A stretch of DNA of 64,000 nt, from assembly GCA_951406725.2 (NCBI GenBank), contig OX597831.1, positions 48,546,001-48,610,000 on the forward strand. The letters are read 5' to 3'. The translations under genes and the position numbers were made by a program. This DNA comes from Octopus vulgaris (taxonomy: Eukaryota). Position 1 is the first letter of the stretch. Each line of letters begins with the position of its first letter. The notes under the pieces were generated by a model. It was not told where the DNA came from, did not search any database, and worked only from the letters and a program-made list of their open reading frames with translations. Of the stretch, positions 63,891-64,000 are shown one piece after another.

Positions 63891-64000
63891 ATCCTTTCTG
63901 TTATAAGCACAAGGCCTGAAATTTGGGGAAGGTGATAGTCAATTACCTCAACCTCAGAACTCCATTGATAGTTAACTTATTGACCCTGAAAGATGAAAGG

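Overview
AT-rich, repeat-saturated animal genomic DNA. The SINE repertoire and the extreme (TA)n/(CA)n/(ATC)n/(AAT)n density point to an octopus genome (inference from recognised repeat families). No intact host gene, rRNA, genuine tRNA or CRISPR array is recognisable, and nearly all ORFs in the track are microsatellite artefacts. The window holds dozens of copies of four short interspersed families; a decayed near-full-length RTE LINE ending in three C2H2 fingers; 3' fragments of R4/Dong, HERO and Tx1/L1-like LINEs; maT (DD37D) and mariner relics; pogo/Tigger and hAT MITEs; and three non-autonomous Helitrons. The most striking signal is a set of about seven minimal type I hammerhead ribozyme motifs in short Penelope-like inserts. 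One TSD-bounded insert chains a GIY-YIG C-terminus, a tRNA-like Pol III promoter and a hammerhead. Also notable are snap-back palindromes, an inverted templated insertion and a possible spliced minus-strand transcript. All calls were made by eye; repeat boundaries are approximate unless a TIR or TSD is quoted.
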